NCBI GenBank assembly: GCA_964016885.1
Contig: OZ024740.1
Span: 300,328,001-300,392,000, forward strand
Source: Eledone cirrhosa
Lineage: Eukaryota
Length of the DNA stretch: 64,000 nucleotides
Direction: 5' to 3'
Position 1 is the first letter of the stretch. The number at the start of each line of letters is the position of its first letter. Positions 14,705 through 28,892 of the stretch are shown piece by piece. The translations under genes and the position numbers were made by a program. The notes under the pieces were generated by a model. That model was not told the origin of the DNA. It saw only the letters and a program-made list of their open reading frames with translations, and did no database searches.

Positions 14705-15139
14705 GCAGGTACACATACATATATGCACGCATCAGTTTAGCAGACGCTTATTATAGCGCTGCTTTGTTCGTTTGTCAACAAACTGAACAGCCTGAATTTA
14801 TGCCATACGGTGTTAAGGCAACCACGTCACCTTTTTATTCAACACTGACACAGGAACGATGTACGAGTTTCAATCTTGTTAGCTATCATCAGCACCGTTT
14901 ACCCATCTGCCAGATAGTTGAACGTTCGAAAGTATATACTTTCCTCATGAAAATTAACGGCTGAGCAGCCTAATTTGCATATTGAGTGAGTTAAATCGGT
15001 CAGGCATACCGAAAACGATAAGTTGAAAAAAATGAAAACGAAAAACGAAATTTCATTTCTCACTCTTAGTATGGCACTTACTTAAATGTAAGTATGTATG
15101 TATACGTACATACATATATGTATACAGACGTACAGTAGC

Positions 15140-15227
<88 letters not shown>

Positions 15228-15662
15228 GCAGGTACACATACATATATGCACGCATCAGTTTAGCAGACGCTTATTATAGCGCTGCTTTGTTCGTTTGTCA
15301 ACAAACTGAACAGCCTGAATTTATGCCATACGGTGTTAAGGTAACCACGTCACCTTTTTATTCAACACTGACACAGGAACGATGTACGAGTTTCAATCTT
15401 GTTAGCTATCATCAGCACCGTTTACCCATCTGCCAGATAGTTGAACGTTCGAAAGTATATACTTTCCTCATGAAAATTAACGGCTGAGCAGCCTAATTTG
15501 CATATTGAGTGAGTTAAATCGGTCAGGCATACCGAAAACGATAAGTTGAAAAAAATGAAAACGAAAAACGAAATTTCATTTCTCACTCTTAGTATGGCAC
15601 TTACTTAAATGTAAGTATGTATGTATACGTACATACATATATGTATACAGACGTACAGTAGC

Positions 15663-15738
<76 letters not shown>

Positions 15739-15888
15739 GCAGGTACACATACATATATGCACGCATCAGTTTAGCAGACGCTTATTATAGCGCTGCTTTG
15801 TTCGTTAGTCAACAAACTGAACAGCCTGAATTTATGCCATACAGTGTTAAGGCAACCACGTCACCTTTTTGTTCAACACTGACACAGG

Positions 15889-15933
15889 AACGATGTACTA
15901 GTTTCAAGCTTGTTAGCTATCATCAGCACCGTT
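15889..15933 (-). ncRNA. Intact minimal type I hammerhead ribozyme, array unit 4
   Basis: AACGGTG-CTGATGA-TAGCT aaca AGCTT-GAAAC TA GTA^CATCGTT: 7-bp stem I (one G-U), AGCT/AGCT stem II, palindromic ACTAGT stem III and a GUA cleavage triplet. Confidence 0.88.
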
Positions 15934-15987
15934 TACCCATCTGCCAGATAGTTGAACGTTCGAAAGTATATACTTTCCTTATGAAAA

Positions 15988-16174
15988 TGATGATAGCTAA
16001 CAAGCTTGAAACTAGTACATCGTTCCTGTGTCAGTGTTGAACAAAAAGGTGACGTGGTTGCCTTAACACCGTATGGCATAAATTCAGGCTGTTCAGTTTG
16101 TTGACAAACGAACAAAGCAGCGCTATAATAAGCGTCTGCTAAACTGATGCGTGCATATATGTATGTGTACCTGC

Positions 16175-16248
<74 letters not shown>

Positions 16249-16293
16249 GCTACTGTACGTCTGTATACATATATGTATGTACGTATACATACT

Positions 16294-16298
<5 letters not shown>
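15988..16298 (+). repeat. Inverted partial copy of the array unit, starting inside the hammerhead core
   Basis: It begins TGATGATAGCTAACAAGCTTGAAACTAGTACATCG and is the reverse complement of about 15610-15924. Confidence 0.92.
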
Positions 16299-16351
<53 letters not shown>

Positions 16352-16685
16352 TAGTATATCTTCCAACATATATATACAGATGCATACCTATGCTAGCAAA
16401 TATATAGGTTTTGTCTTAGTAACTCTGTGGTTCAATGCAAGGGGATACAGAACAATTATATGAAAGACGTAAAATAAGAAAATTATAAAAATTAACTTAC
16501 TAAAATTTCACTCAAACTAATTAGTTTCTGAAAGGGAATAAACATGGTTAGCGATGGAACAGATGGAGAATGCCTTTCGTCATCAGGAAGTCAATTCTCA
16601 GCTAATTCCCAGGCGATGCGTGGACACAGGGAACTTATACAAAAATAATTCAGTGGATGGAAAAAAGCAAGCGTGGACACGCATG

Positions 16686-16801
<116 letters not shown>

Positions 16802-16812
16802 AGGGGTGTATG

Positions 16813-16925
16813 CACGTGGCTGGGTGGTTAGAGAATTGGATTCGCAATCGTGAGGTTTTGAGTTTGGTTCACGGACCGGACAATGCTTTATGCCCTTGAG
16901 CAAGACACTTTATTTCACGTTGCTA
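16813..16925 (+). mobile_element. SINE family B 5' fragment
   Basis: Homologous to 13823-13940 (ggaccgg...ccttgagcaagacactttatttcacgttgct). Confidence 0.65.
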
Positions 16926-18642
16926 CTTCCTCCTGGAATTGCAACCGATAATCGATCGATGTCGATATATATATATAAACTTAAATCGCATAGTCAATCT
17001 ATCTGCCAAATACGAATGATAGAGATAAAAATCACAACACTACTTGCTGGATGGAAACTTATGCTTTAGAATAAATGACAACTACTTAGATGTAGTAGAA
17101 AGCCAAGTTTTCAATTTCAATATATTGATACCACGCGCTTAAACATATATTATGACAAATAAGAGATATATAAAATTGTTAAAAATTACAATTAACTAAA
17201 TACGCAATGCATTGGAGAATGCGATAGATTTTTAGCAGTGTGCTAAAGAGATTCTAGTATTTTGTAATACCGTTTAGACTATACGCCGATGTGCAGATCG
17301 AGTATGACCGAAACATATCAGGTGTTTTCACATTACTGCTAAGTATATTTTCTCACGACGTTGGTATTCACAATAATTTAATTTTCATTCATTTAACTCT
17401 CAGAATTAAATCTTAGTATTTATAACCAGAATACGTCTTTAGACAATAGCTTAGCTTACTAATTTAATCATTTTTGACATATTCACATCTATTTATATCC
17501 ATATCTTCTTTCTATAATGTTACTGACATGTTATTTCCTCGATCATCCATTCCGATACATCCTTAGTTCTCTAATTTTCTGCATCAAATATACCCAAGTA
17601 ATCCTGCTTATTTTACGCATAATACACGCACATACCTGCACTCGATGATTAGTTTTGTGCGTAAAGCATTTTTATTAGAATAATAGGTTCACAAATATAT
17701 ATTTATATAATCAATACTAAACCAAAGTGGAGATACACTTAACCTTTTCTCACGTTTGCCCTTCTCACTTTACCTCAGCCTCTGAACTCGTACACATTAT
17801 TTTTCCACTTATCTACACTTCGCTACACTTCTTTACTTATTTCATGATTATATAAGCAGAATATTGTATAATGAATTACGCCTCGATCAGTGTATAACGG
17901 ATGCTATGTTCGAAACAGATTCATGAGTTCGATCCTATATAGCCGTTAAAAGTTAATTTTCGTTTCATATAAATACTGTAATCGGATAGTAATTATCTAC
18001 TTCTCATGCCGATGCTGTGGCAAGGAAGGTGAACGTTATATTAGCTGCATTACACAAACGAAATAATTTTTAGAGCTGTAAAAATGTCCGATGTGCGACA
18101 AGGTTAATTACTAGGATTTCTTATGTAATAAGATAATTAGTCATTCCATATGACATGGAATGTAGATGTAGTGAAGTATGTAACCATTCATTCAAGTAAT
18201 AGGACGAATTGAAACATAAGATGAAACGCGTTCCGATGGTTAGTTCTGTCCTCATAAATATAGAGTCAGTAAATTGACGAGGTATGATCTTGCGTTTCAT
18301 CACACTAAGCAATAAATGCTACTAATATATTACGAGTCGAATATTCAATCGATAATATAGTTCTCATTTCAATGATTATAAATTATGCTTTGTGTTGAAA
18401 TTAAACGCTATAATGGCATCTAAGACATAGGTTCGGCTTTGGGTCATACTAGAAATTCTATAGGTTTATACAATGTCTATTGACGAAATTATTTGCAATG
18501 ACTGACGCTGTTGGAGTTTTCACTTCTAATAAGGATTTCCGGCCTGTTCTTCTGAAAGTAACTATCCTGAGCGATAAAAATAATAATAAAAAACAATCAC
18601 AGTTGTCTAGCTTTCAGGATGACGTTTGATTTAGTGAGGATT

Positions 18643-18836
18643 TAATAATTGTTTCTACTTTTGGCACAAGGCCAGCAAATACTCAGTGCATTACTGGTAC
18701 TTTATTTTATCGACCCCGTAAGGATGAAAGGCAAAGTTAACCTCGGCGGGATTTGAACTCAGATCATAAAGGGACGTAACTCTATGCTTCAAAGCATGGT
18801 GTCCGACTCTCTAGCGATACTGCCAATCCACCGCCC
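18643..18836 (-). mobile_element. SINE family A, full length
   Basis: Reverse complement of the family A consensus, with TSD gtgagg(a/g)tttaataat. Confidence 0.9.
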
Positions 18837-21049
18837 ATTGTGAGGGTTTAATAATGTTGTCTTTTATAAAACATATGCATACATAATGTATACGATTTAA
18901 CATTAATTCTTACATATATATATATATAGTTAGTTATCTGAAACAGTGGTGTGATGGAATATCTTAATTGCATACCGCAAGAAATTGTGTCGGTTACTCC
19001 ACCAATACATGATTTCTCGATGAAACTCTAGAAACGTCAGGATCAGTAAATGTGTAATCACTAGTTTACATTAGTTTAAAAGGATATATTGTATTGACCC
19101 AGAGAGTGTGAATTGCAACTTCATCCCGACGGCTAGGATCATAATTACGCATGTAGTAAAATATTAAACCTATTACTCACAGGGAGTCAACAACTTCACC
19201 TGCAGAGTACGGTTAGTATTTAGAAATCATATTTGTATAGACCCATACTTCCTAAAGGAATCATAGGGGCTCCGTATTGACATACGACGTTTCATTAGAA
19301 ACCATAGTAAAACATCACCGATAAATTAAGTATTCATAATCCGTACTATATTGGTACAAACGTTAGGTGGACACAATGGTACGACAGAAGATGGCATCAA
19401 AATACTAACGCACCATGGATACGACATTCATAAACGGCCTTTGATAATATAATATTCGTTAAGGAAATGAAATAATTATTGTCCTTAGATAAATGTGTCA
19501 AGGTGTGAATATATGGATTCAAATATTTTATGCATTTCTATTGTTGATGTGGAACAGATAAAATATTGACTAGCCAAGAAATATCTTACAATTTTGTTGG
19601 TAATCTTTTTTTATACGAGAACAAAAGTCATATGAAATACAATAAATGGCAGACAGCTCAAATTCCTTGTAAGCAATGTCATATATAAATTGAAATGCAC
19701 ATATACGGCGATAACGGGAAAGAATAATAATTAAATTGTTATATCTTGCAAAATTTTCTCCTCTTTTTCAAGAGGATTAATGGTTTTTCTTTCTTAATAC
19801 GTAAGTAATCGTGCTTATTTTACAATACATGTATTGCAATTTCTAGGCCGCAATGTCTTTGGTTACAGAATAATAATATAACAGAAGGTTTAATCTATTA
19901 ATCAGAATTGTAAATGGGGATTGAAACATAAGGTTTAGCATTATTAAATATTGTTTTCTGAAGTTGAGACTACTCTGATATTTCAGTCAGTCACATAATT
20001 AAATTATAACTTGGGAAACGAATTGGTGGAGATAATCACGGCTATGGATATTATCCGGTAATAATCGACCTCGTCAAAAAAATTTATTTCACTTAATAAT
20101 TTCAAGATTTCAGAACTGTTAATAGAAAACGTTTTCGTGAAAGGATTGTTTACATATTATACAAATTAAAGTAATAACATTGAGAACTTTCAAAAGAGGA
20201 ATAGCAAGCGTTAGATACAGGTAAAAATATTTGAGATGGTGAAACGAAAGTAATTCTCGATTAATTTAAATTTTAATATTAATGAGAATAAAGATTATTA
20301 ATGTTAATGAAAATTATTCTCTGCAGAGCATAAGTGTGAAGTTCCTATATTTTAGCCTGGCAAAAATTGTATAACGTCATGGAGAAGGGGTGGCAGAATT
20401 TGGTTTATGTATACCATTATAACCAAACCCAAATATATACTGGCCTGATTGAATATTTTCTGTAAAACATAGCGCTCTCTTAGTGCCTGTCAAACTCTAA
20501 TAACGAATGTTAAAGCAGTTTATGCGTGCCGAATATCTACTGATTAAGAAATCTGAGATATTACATAGGGAAAGTTCCCAGTCGTATAAATAACGTATAG
20601 TTATGTTCATGCCACAACTTTTGTGATAGTGTAATGAGAAAAAGCTTTTTAACCAATTCGGATTAGTATTCTACTGACAATATTTTATTAAATTGTTCCC
20701 AGAATTTCAGGGAGAGAACTCCCTAATTTGGACATTGCAACTAGTTAAAAATGAAATGAAGGCATAAAATAGAGTCAATAACCCCAACCGTTGGCTGCTG
20801 TATTGTATGTGTGGGATGGACATGTGTGTATGCATGTGTGCGTGCATGTGTTTGTGCGCACGTGTATGTATGTTCATATGTTTGAATGGCCGTTGGACCG
20901 TGACAGTTTGACAGCTGTGAGTGTGTGGGTGATCAACGTAATTGAATGTACAAGAATGTATATTAATTTCTACACATGTATACATACACACACATATAAG
21001 CAGACGAAAGGCGCTGTGTATAAATGAACTGGTAGTGAATAGTATATAG

Positions 21050-21322
21050 CATTCAGGTACCAGCACAGATGCTGCTGCTCGCCAGGGCGGAGAGGTCGAA
21101 CTATCTGATAAATTTGTTGTAGAAACTGTATCAATGGAGACTTCCGGCATTCTTAGCCCCCAGAATACGTTCCTATTCACTGCTATCGGAGCGGAGTTGC
21201 CCGTCCGTATGTACGTGTCCTGCAAGGTGAAATGGATCTTCCAACGCGTCTTGCTCTACATCCTCCGGGGCAATACATTTTCCATCCTGTCGTTGGGGAA
21301 CCGGAAATGGAGAGTAAGTTAG
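21050..21322 (+). mobile_element. CRE-like non-LTR retrotransposon 3' remnant (restriction-like endonuclease C-terminus)
   Basis: Open frame ...AAARQGGEVELSDKFVVETVSMETSGILSPQNTFLFTAIG...WIFQRVLLYILRGNTFSILS matches the 'F.P.A.ET.G..G...L..IG...L.QRLS.AI.RGNA.SIL' RLE end motif. Confidence 0.65.
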
Positions 21323-21427
21323 TTGGTTGTGGTGGATACTTGTTCGGACGTCATTTTCACATATGTATTGACATCCTTTTTAACTGTTGTATAAATAACG
21401 TTACAAAGGGTACAATATTTATATCAT

Positions 21428-22060
21428 TGGGTTGGCAGTATCGGTAGATGGTTGGACACCATGCTTTGAAGCATAGAGTTACCGCCCTTTATGATCTGTG
21501 TTCAAATCCCGCTGAGGTTAACTTTGCCTTTCATCCTTACGGGGTCGATGAAATAAAGTACCAGTAATGCACTGAGTTAATTGCTGTCCTCGTGCCAAAA
21601 GTAGAAACAATTATTGATGTGGTGAATTATATGAAACCATTATATTAATATAAGAAGTGGCGGTGGCGGTGGATTTGCAGTATCGGTAGAGAGTCGGATG
21701 CCATCCTTTCCAGCATGGTTACGCCCCTTTACGGTCTGAGTTCAAATCCCATCGAGGTTAACTTTGCCTTTTATCCTTACGGGGTCGATAAAATAAAGTA
21801 CCAGTAAAGCACTGGGTAAGTGCTGGCCTTTTGCCAAAAGTAGAAACAATTATATTAATATAAGAAGTGGCGGTGGATTGGTAGTATCGGTAGAGGGTCG
21901 GACGCCATGCTTTGACGCATAGAGTTACGGCCCTTGCCATTCTGAGTTCAAATCCCGCCTAGGTTAACTTTGCTTTTCATCCTTATGGGGTCGATAAAAT
22001 AAAGTACCAGTAATACACTGGGTAATTGCTGGCCTTGTGCCAAAAGTAGAACAATAATAT
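21428..22060 (+). mobile_element. Cluster of three head-to-tail SINE family A copies
   Basis: Copies at about 21428-21617, 21659-21852 and 21869-22060. The target sequence attatattaatataagaag occurs three times. Confidence 0.92.
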
Positions 22061-23519
22061 TAATATAAGAAGACATTATTGATGTGGTGAACTAAAATAT
22101 TTCATAATCACTTTGTGTTGTAGTTCCAAAGAAAGAAGTACACAAACACACATACAAGTGTAGTTACTAATCAACGGTTTTTGAATGTAGCAATTTTATA
22201 TTTTTCGAAATATTATTGATCTTATACCAAGCGTGGTATATAAGGATTACGGTTAGAGTGTGTATTGTTTTTCAATCATTGTGAAATTTCCGAATATACA
22301 TATTTTTATTCGGTATGAATATTATAGCATTATGCACGCTATCATGGCCAAGTATACAGAACAAATAATATATTTTGTGTATATTTAGTTGGGTATGTTT
22401 GTGCGTGAGCGTATGTGTACATGCTTATAAAGAGGATTCATTGTTTTGGCAAACAAGACTTTTCCAGGCTGAAAAATTTTCATTGCAGGCTATTTATTCC
22501 TAAGAATTATAAAATGCCATTTTCGTTCATGTTTAATCCTAGGAGATAGGAAATTATTTCTATATTTCTATCATTTGAATTTCATATGAGCATATCCAAA
22601 TGGGAATAATGAGCCTGATCTCCGGTATCATAATTAACTCTACTGATATGGTTTAGTATTGTTGCATGTATAATGTGAAACGTAGTGCACTCAGTGGCTG
22701 GTAATAAATTAGAATGATAGTGTGATTGATAGCCAATGAATTATGGAAAATAAAAATAAATATATTGGATGATTCTCCATAAAGAACAAATGGTGAAATT
22801 TAGACCACAATATATACCTAACAAGAATGAGAAAGGACTAAGATAATTTTTGTAAAAATCATTCACGGATAACTTAGGTATAATTGATGAGGAACCTGTT
22901 TGTAAGAGAATACCATTAAACATAATGTGAACAGAATATATTTTAGTATTTGTTGACATCATTAAACTAAGGAGAAAATAATTGAAAAAATTGAAATTGT
23001 TTGTTCTAGTCAGCCAATTTCAGAACAACGAATACAGTAGATTTTTGTGTGATATGACATTGGAAATTTTCCCGGAGCATCTTCTTCATGAAGATGCTCC
23101 GTAAGAGTATGCATATAAGAGTATGCATACTGAATACATTTATTTGATTGGGTTTAGAGAATATAGTGAGAAAATGAAACAGTAATGTTATTAAAATACT
23201 TTCAAGACTAAGCAAAGGATAGAACTCACTGAATTTCAAATGGGCATATATCAAATACATCGGGCCGAAGATGAGTAAGAATAAAACTGTTCTTTAGGCG
23301 GCATAGTTTGAAGCAGAGGTATGTTTATGAACCACGCAATTCCTCAGTGAATTATAGGCCACCTAATGGCTGTAAAATTTCCAGAATGGTAATAGTATAT
23401 ATTGGTAGATGTAGGTTACTATACGTATCATAGTCATCTTCAAATATTTATTACAAAGATTGATACTTATATGTATCAATCTTTGTAATCATTATCGCTA
23501 TGTTCATAAATTACAATTA

Positions 23520-23668
23520 ACAATAATTGTTTCTACTTTTGGCACAAGGCCAGTAATTATCTCAGTGCATTACTGGTACTTTATTTTATCGACCCCATAA
23601 AGATGAAAGGCAAAGTTAACCTCAATGGGATTTGAACTCAGACCATAAGGGGCCGAAACTCTATGACA
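23520..23668 (-). mobile_element. SINE family A, 5'-truncated
   Basis: Reverse complement of the core and tail. Confidence 0.85.
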
Positions 23669-24782
23669 TATATTCTGAAGATAACTGCCAGAAAATTATC
23701 ACATCAAAACTTAAATTGCTATATTCAGGAGTGTGACTGAAATGTAACCCTTGTGACAACTCTATACTTTAGACTTCCGCAGTTTCTTGGTCCAATCTTC
23801 TAAAAGAAACAGAATATTCATTCATTATGCGATTTATAACAAATGCTCTCTTAGAAAAAACCGATAAAACAAATTTGTTTGACGCATGTTTTCGTATATT
23901 GAGATTCTAAAACGAAAATAAGTTTTAATTAATTTTAATTCAGAACCCAATGATATAAAGAACACGTCATTGAATTGAGAGAAAAAAGTATTCTCACTTG
24001 GTCAATGGAAGTGATTACATGAATTTCAATACAACACAAAATATGTGAAGAAACACAGCGGTTTACTGCGATTTAACTTTACAAAAGTCATTGTCAACTT
24101 CTGTAAATGTTCGTTATGCTGAACATTGTCCTTGAATCTTAGAACATTTAATGGCTACAAATATTACATGATAAATAGAATCAGTGTTTTTTTTCATGTA
24201 AGGAGCATTCTTTGATAAGGAAAACGGCAGCCTGTTCCAATATAATACATTTAAGTACAGATTACTACTAAAGAAATGACAAGGGCAGATTATCCGTTAA
24301 TTGAACAACTGAGATAAGAACAGCCAAAGAAATCTCACTGGAGATTTATATATGAAATATATATGAATAAGTACAGCTACAATATTTGAAACTGTGTGAT
24401 GAAAATGTGCTAACTAATTGAAATTATGACACAAAGGAAGAAGATTTGGAGGCAATAAAGCGATATAATCCAATCATTAGCAATGTGAACTCAACATCTA
24501 AAAATCAACGGAATTCTTTATATATATAAACACACACACATATATACACATATATACATCTTACGCAACTTAAACATAAGACGCTGGCCAACATTCCAGA
24601 CCGCAAAAACAGGGGGTGAATTGAAAAATAAATAAATAAGATCACTTCAATAGATTCAGATGCTCATCATCAGGCCCCTTATGATTAAGATGCTTGAGGT
24701 TGTATATATCCCTAGGTAACGATATTTTATCGACCCATCAGTGACATGTATAATAAATTCTCTCACATTATCTCTCTCCTCC

Positions 24783-24913
<131 letters not shown>

Positions 24914-25116
24914 ATATATATACGTTAAAACAACATCAGAAGGTCGGGGAGGAAAATTTACGTTAGAAATCTACAAATTTAATTCCACGAAGGAACTATT
25001 AACATTTCGGTGGCGCAGCCTTATCATCTGATTATGCTATACGACAAGACGATTTCATCGGAAATAGAAAATACAGGACCGATTCAGAGACAAACTGCCA
25101 ATTTGGTGTTATGTCG

Positions 25117-25238
<122 letters not shown>

Positions 25239-25266
25239 AGAGAGAAAGAGAGAGGGAGGTACAATA

Positions 25267-25638
25267 GAGTGTGTTTTCCTTTACAGGAATTCTCAAACCA
25301 CCAGCGTGAAGAGAATATAATCTAATAGAGGCATAGGAAAAACATTAAAATTAAAAGTATAAATTAAAATGAGAAACCAACCTCATACCAAAATCACACA
25401 TGTACAAACTCACCAGGAGATTGTTTCGCAATTTTAGTGGGTTCCCACAGGGTCGAATTGGAAGCCACTAAATTGGCGAAACAATCTCCTGGTGAGTTTG
25501 TACATGTGTGATTTAGGTATGAGGTTGGTGTCTCATTTTAATTTATACTTTTAATTTCAATGTTTTTCCTATGCCTCTATTAGCTTATATTTTCTTCACG
25601 CTGGTGGTTTGAAGTTTCTGTAAAGGAAATCACACTCT
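25267..25638. repeat. Fold-back element, ~180-bp arms with ~10-bp spacer
   Basis: 25267-25447 is the reverse complement of about 25459-25638. The inner ends carry a half-hammerhead-like GCCA ctaaat TGGC-GAAAC. Confidence 0.9.
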
Positions 25639-25755
25639 TCTGTGTTTTTCCTCTCGATATATTTCATTTTAAAGTGCCCAGGACTTTAAAAACTTTTCTT
25701 TGAGCTCATTTAATTACAGGATTATACGCGAATCCTTTACTCCGTTATTTTACTT

Positions 25756-25791
<36 letters not shown>

Positions 25792-25902
25792 AAAAATTTA
25801 CGAAATGGAAATGCGGGTATATAGAATTTATTAGGTAACAATTGTTTCTATAGTGTATGAGTTACCTATACCTCGCTACTTGAATAATACTATTATTAAC
25901 TA

Positions 25903-26036
<134 letters not shown>

Positions 26037-26476
26037 GAACGCTCAGTATATCTGAAGAAAACTGATGAGAGAACCAAAGTCAGCACTCGTTGTAGAGTAG
26101 AGTGTATACTAAAAGAACAAAGTGGAGATTTTGCATAGGAGATTTATTGCTTAATCCTGGTTACAAATGTTTCTCAAGCAGTTAGCTCATGATTTGGGTT
26201 GGCATCCCCAGTCCAGACGCCAAGACTGCCTGATACACTGACCAATGTTAACACAACAAAAATCACATCAAATCTGTGGACGAGCCAGCAAACACACAAA
26301 CAAGCATATAGAATGATCAAACACTGGCTTAGAATTCAACGTACACACTTATCTCGAGCATTACAAGACAAAACAGTTATGAATAAAACAAAACTAACGG
26401 ATATAAATAAAAATAAAGATATAAAGAAATATATCCACGTATACATGATCACAGACATACACACACACAAATATGC

Positions 26477-26508
<32 letters not shown>

Positions 26509-26528
26509 GTACACACATGCAGACTTGT

Positions 26529-26561
<33 letters not shown>

Positions 26562-26919
26562 CACATACACATGAATACACACATATATACATATATACGC
26601 ATACATATATACGCATACATACACAAATACAAATATACATACACACACACATATATTATAATTATATTATATAAAGGGCTGTAACTCTACGCGCAAAGCA
26701 TGGCGTCGGGACCCTCTGCCGATACTGCCATTCCACCGCACTTAACAATGGAAATAATAACAACAAAATGGAGTAACTTTTACCTATTCATATCCTTGTT
26801 TTACGATCATTCCGGAGGATTGATCATGTTGACATATTGAGTTCTATGTACGCTACGGGCCATATCACCAAGGTTAGACCACATTGATAAAAAAAAAAAA
26901 TATATATATATATATATAT

Positions 26920-27950
26920 ATGATGGCTGCCGCAAAACGGAGAATATTCCACCCCAATTTGAAGTTCCGGTTCTCATCCATGAGCCTTTACACGCACTCG
27001 GCAAGACAAGTGTGGGACCTCTTGCTTCTGTGTTTAAAGAACCACACGCAGTCGTGGAAACTCGGTACTTGTGGAACCCACATACACAAATTCCTCTCTT
27101 TCGGTAGAGACCGTACAGCTGTAGACAACTCCCGAGACTCTGCAGTGGTTGTTGAGGTCGCAGTGACGGGAGGATCTGCAGTTGCAGTTCATGAGAGATC
27201 TACCAGGGCCACCGTAGTGTGCGGTGTTCGATGCAAAAGTGTGGATATTGCATTGGGGGTCCGATTATTTACGGCGAATGGAACGGTGGCCATACCTCTC
27301 TGGGAAGTTCTGACCCGTCAAAATTCCTACCAGTACGAACAATATTGAGGTACTCCTGTAGCCTTTTACGGTGAATGGAGGTAATAATCTATGCAAGGTT
27401 GGGCATAGTGGAGAAGGAGAACTTCACAGTGTGTCGGTTGAAATGTTTATGGTATCTATTTGACCCGAGAAAGCACATGCCCAGGGCCCGGAAGAAGAGG
27501 AGGCCTGGTACATTTGTTCTAAGGCTCCTTGAGTAGGGGACATTATACCATGTCCCATTTCTACTGTGAGACCCGCGATGATTCCGTTGACTCCAGGATC
27601 CATGCTGGTACGCGCGGGTCCACTCATTGTGCAGGTTAGACTCCGTAGAATTAGTAAGGAGGGGTGCAGGTAGTGCACTTTTTACACGCCAGTGCGCTGC
27701 GGGGCCGGCTAGGAGGCTGGCGTCCGTAGGGAGCGGTGGCGAAAGTCATGCCCCTCGCGGGAAATGAGGCCATGCGAACGTGGCACAGGGCGATGGGAGG
27801 AGTATTAGTATGCGGGTACAAGATCACACGGGGGTTTAATAGAGCCGCCGTACATACCGCCGGGGCCGGGCCATAGTGGTCTAGAGGGGCCCCCACATAT
27901 TCCCCACCATGCGTGAAACATATGGTGATGAACATAAATATATGTGTGTG
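26920..27950 (-). mobile_element. Penelope-like (Neptune-like) element fragment: linker + GIY-YIG
   Basis: Minus strand: RNGTWYNVPYSRSLRTNV...YHKHFNRHTVKFSFSTMPN (27565-27395), then MNCNCRSSRHCDLNNHCRVSGVVYSCTVSTEREEFVYVGSTSTEF (27190-27055) and ...DENRNFKLGWNIL. It is missed by the ORF track because of stops and frameshifts. Confidence 0.88.
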
Positions 27951-28039
27951 CTGGAACTTGATAGCATGTGGTGAAAATAAATATGAAAAAAAAAAATTAT
28001 ATATAAACATTTTAGTTTGTTAGTGAAAAGTAATAACCG

Positions 28040-28430
28040 AACGAAAACGATCGCGAATACAAGCGGCAGAAACGGGATGCCTCTGAAGGGAATTTAAAGT
28101 AATGTTACTTGATAGAGAGTCATTCCAGGTAGAGCCACTAATTCTCCAAACTGAGAGATTGCTGCTCCGATACTATGGTAATTGTAGTTAGAATGCCGCA
28201 AGAAAGAATCACTAGACAGATTTTACGGGCAAAAGCAACCGATAGAAGATCCAGAAGTAGACCCTGAGTTAGATGGTGGGATAACATCTATGAGCTTCAC
28301 TGGAATTGCTTTGGGGATCCAGTCATCCAGTTGGAAACGGTTTCCTCTGATAGGACCCACTGGAAGGAGTGTTTGAAGACTGCACAACACGACCCTCGCA
28401 AGATTATGTGGGTGAAGAATTGGAAGAAGT
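28040..28430 (+). mobile_element. RTE-clade LINE 3' fragment
   Basis: PLILQTERLLLRYYG..RMPQERITRQILRAKATDRRSRSRP*VRWWDNI, ending near gaagaa. Confidence 0.7.
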
Positions 28431-28892
28431 AGAATAAGTGTGTATCAAATAAATTTAGATTATGTGGGATTCGTGCAGGGTAGAAATAGCAGCGGGTTGT
28501 AGATAAAGACAGGCATCATTATGTGATCAATCCCCCCAGATATGCAGGACCTATTGAAAAACCTCAACATTTGTATGAGATGGGTAATGTTCAGAAATCA
28601 TTGCTTTAAGGTTAGCACACATTCTTTTGAAAACCTTTTCCTATTAAATGAGAGAAGGGTTAGTTGTTTTCCATGTGTTAAGCATAACAAGGACAGCAAC
28701 TGGAAAGGTTGGGAGAAAGTCGATTACATCGACTCCACTGCGTTATGGATACTTTATTGTAACGACGTCGAAATGATGAATTGAAAATTTGACATAGCCG
28801 GTATTCGAAATCAGAATGCAGAGAGCCACAAGAAATCTCGCAATGGCAATTTCTCAAACACTCTACTATTTCTACCAATCCACCGCTCTAGT

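Noticed and set aside
17275-17330. Possible hammerhead (..gaccGAAACATATCAGGTGT)
   Set aside because: The CUGANGA core is not recoverable, so it is too degenerate to call.
21157-21313. Apparent exon with AG acceptor and GTAAGT donor (PPEYVPIHCYRSG...)
   Set aside because: A different frame matches the C-terminus of an RLE retrotransposon, and no partner exons were found.
22500-23400. Purine-skewed region suggestive of an old coding remnant
   Set aside because: No assignable motif in any frame.
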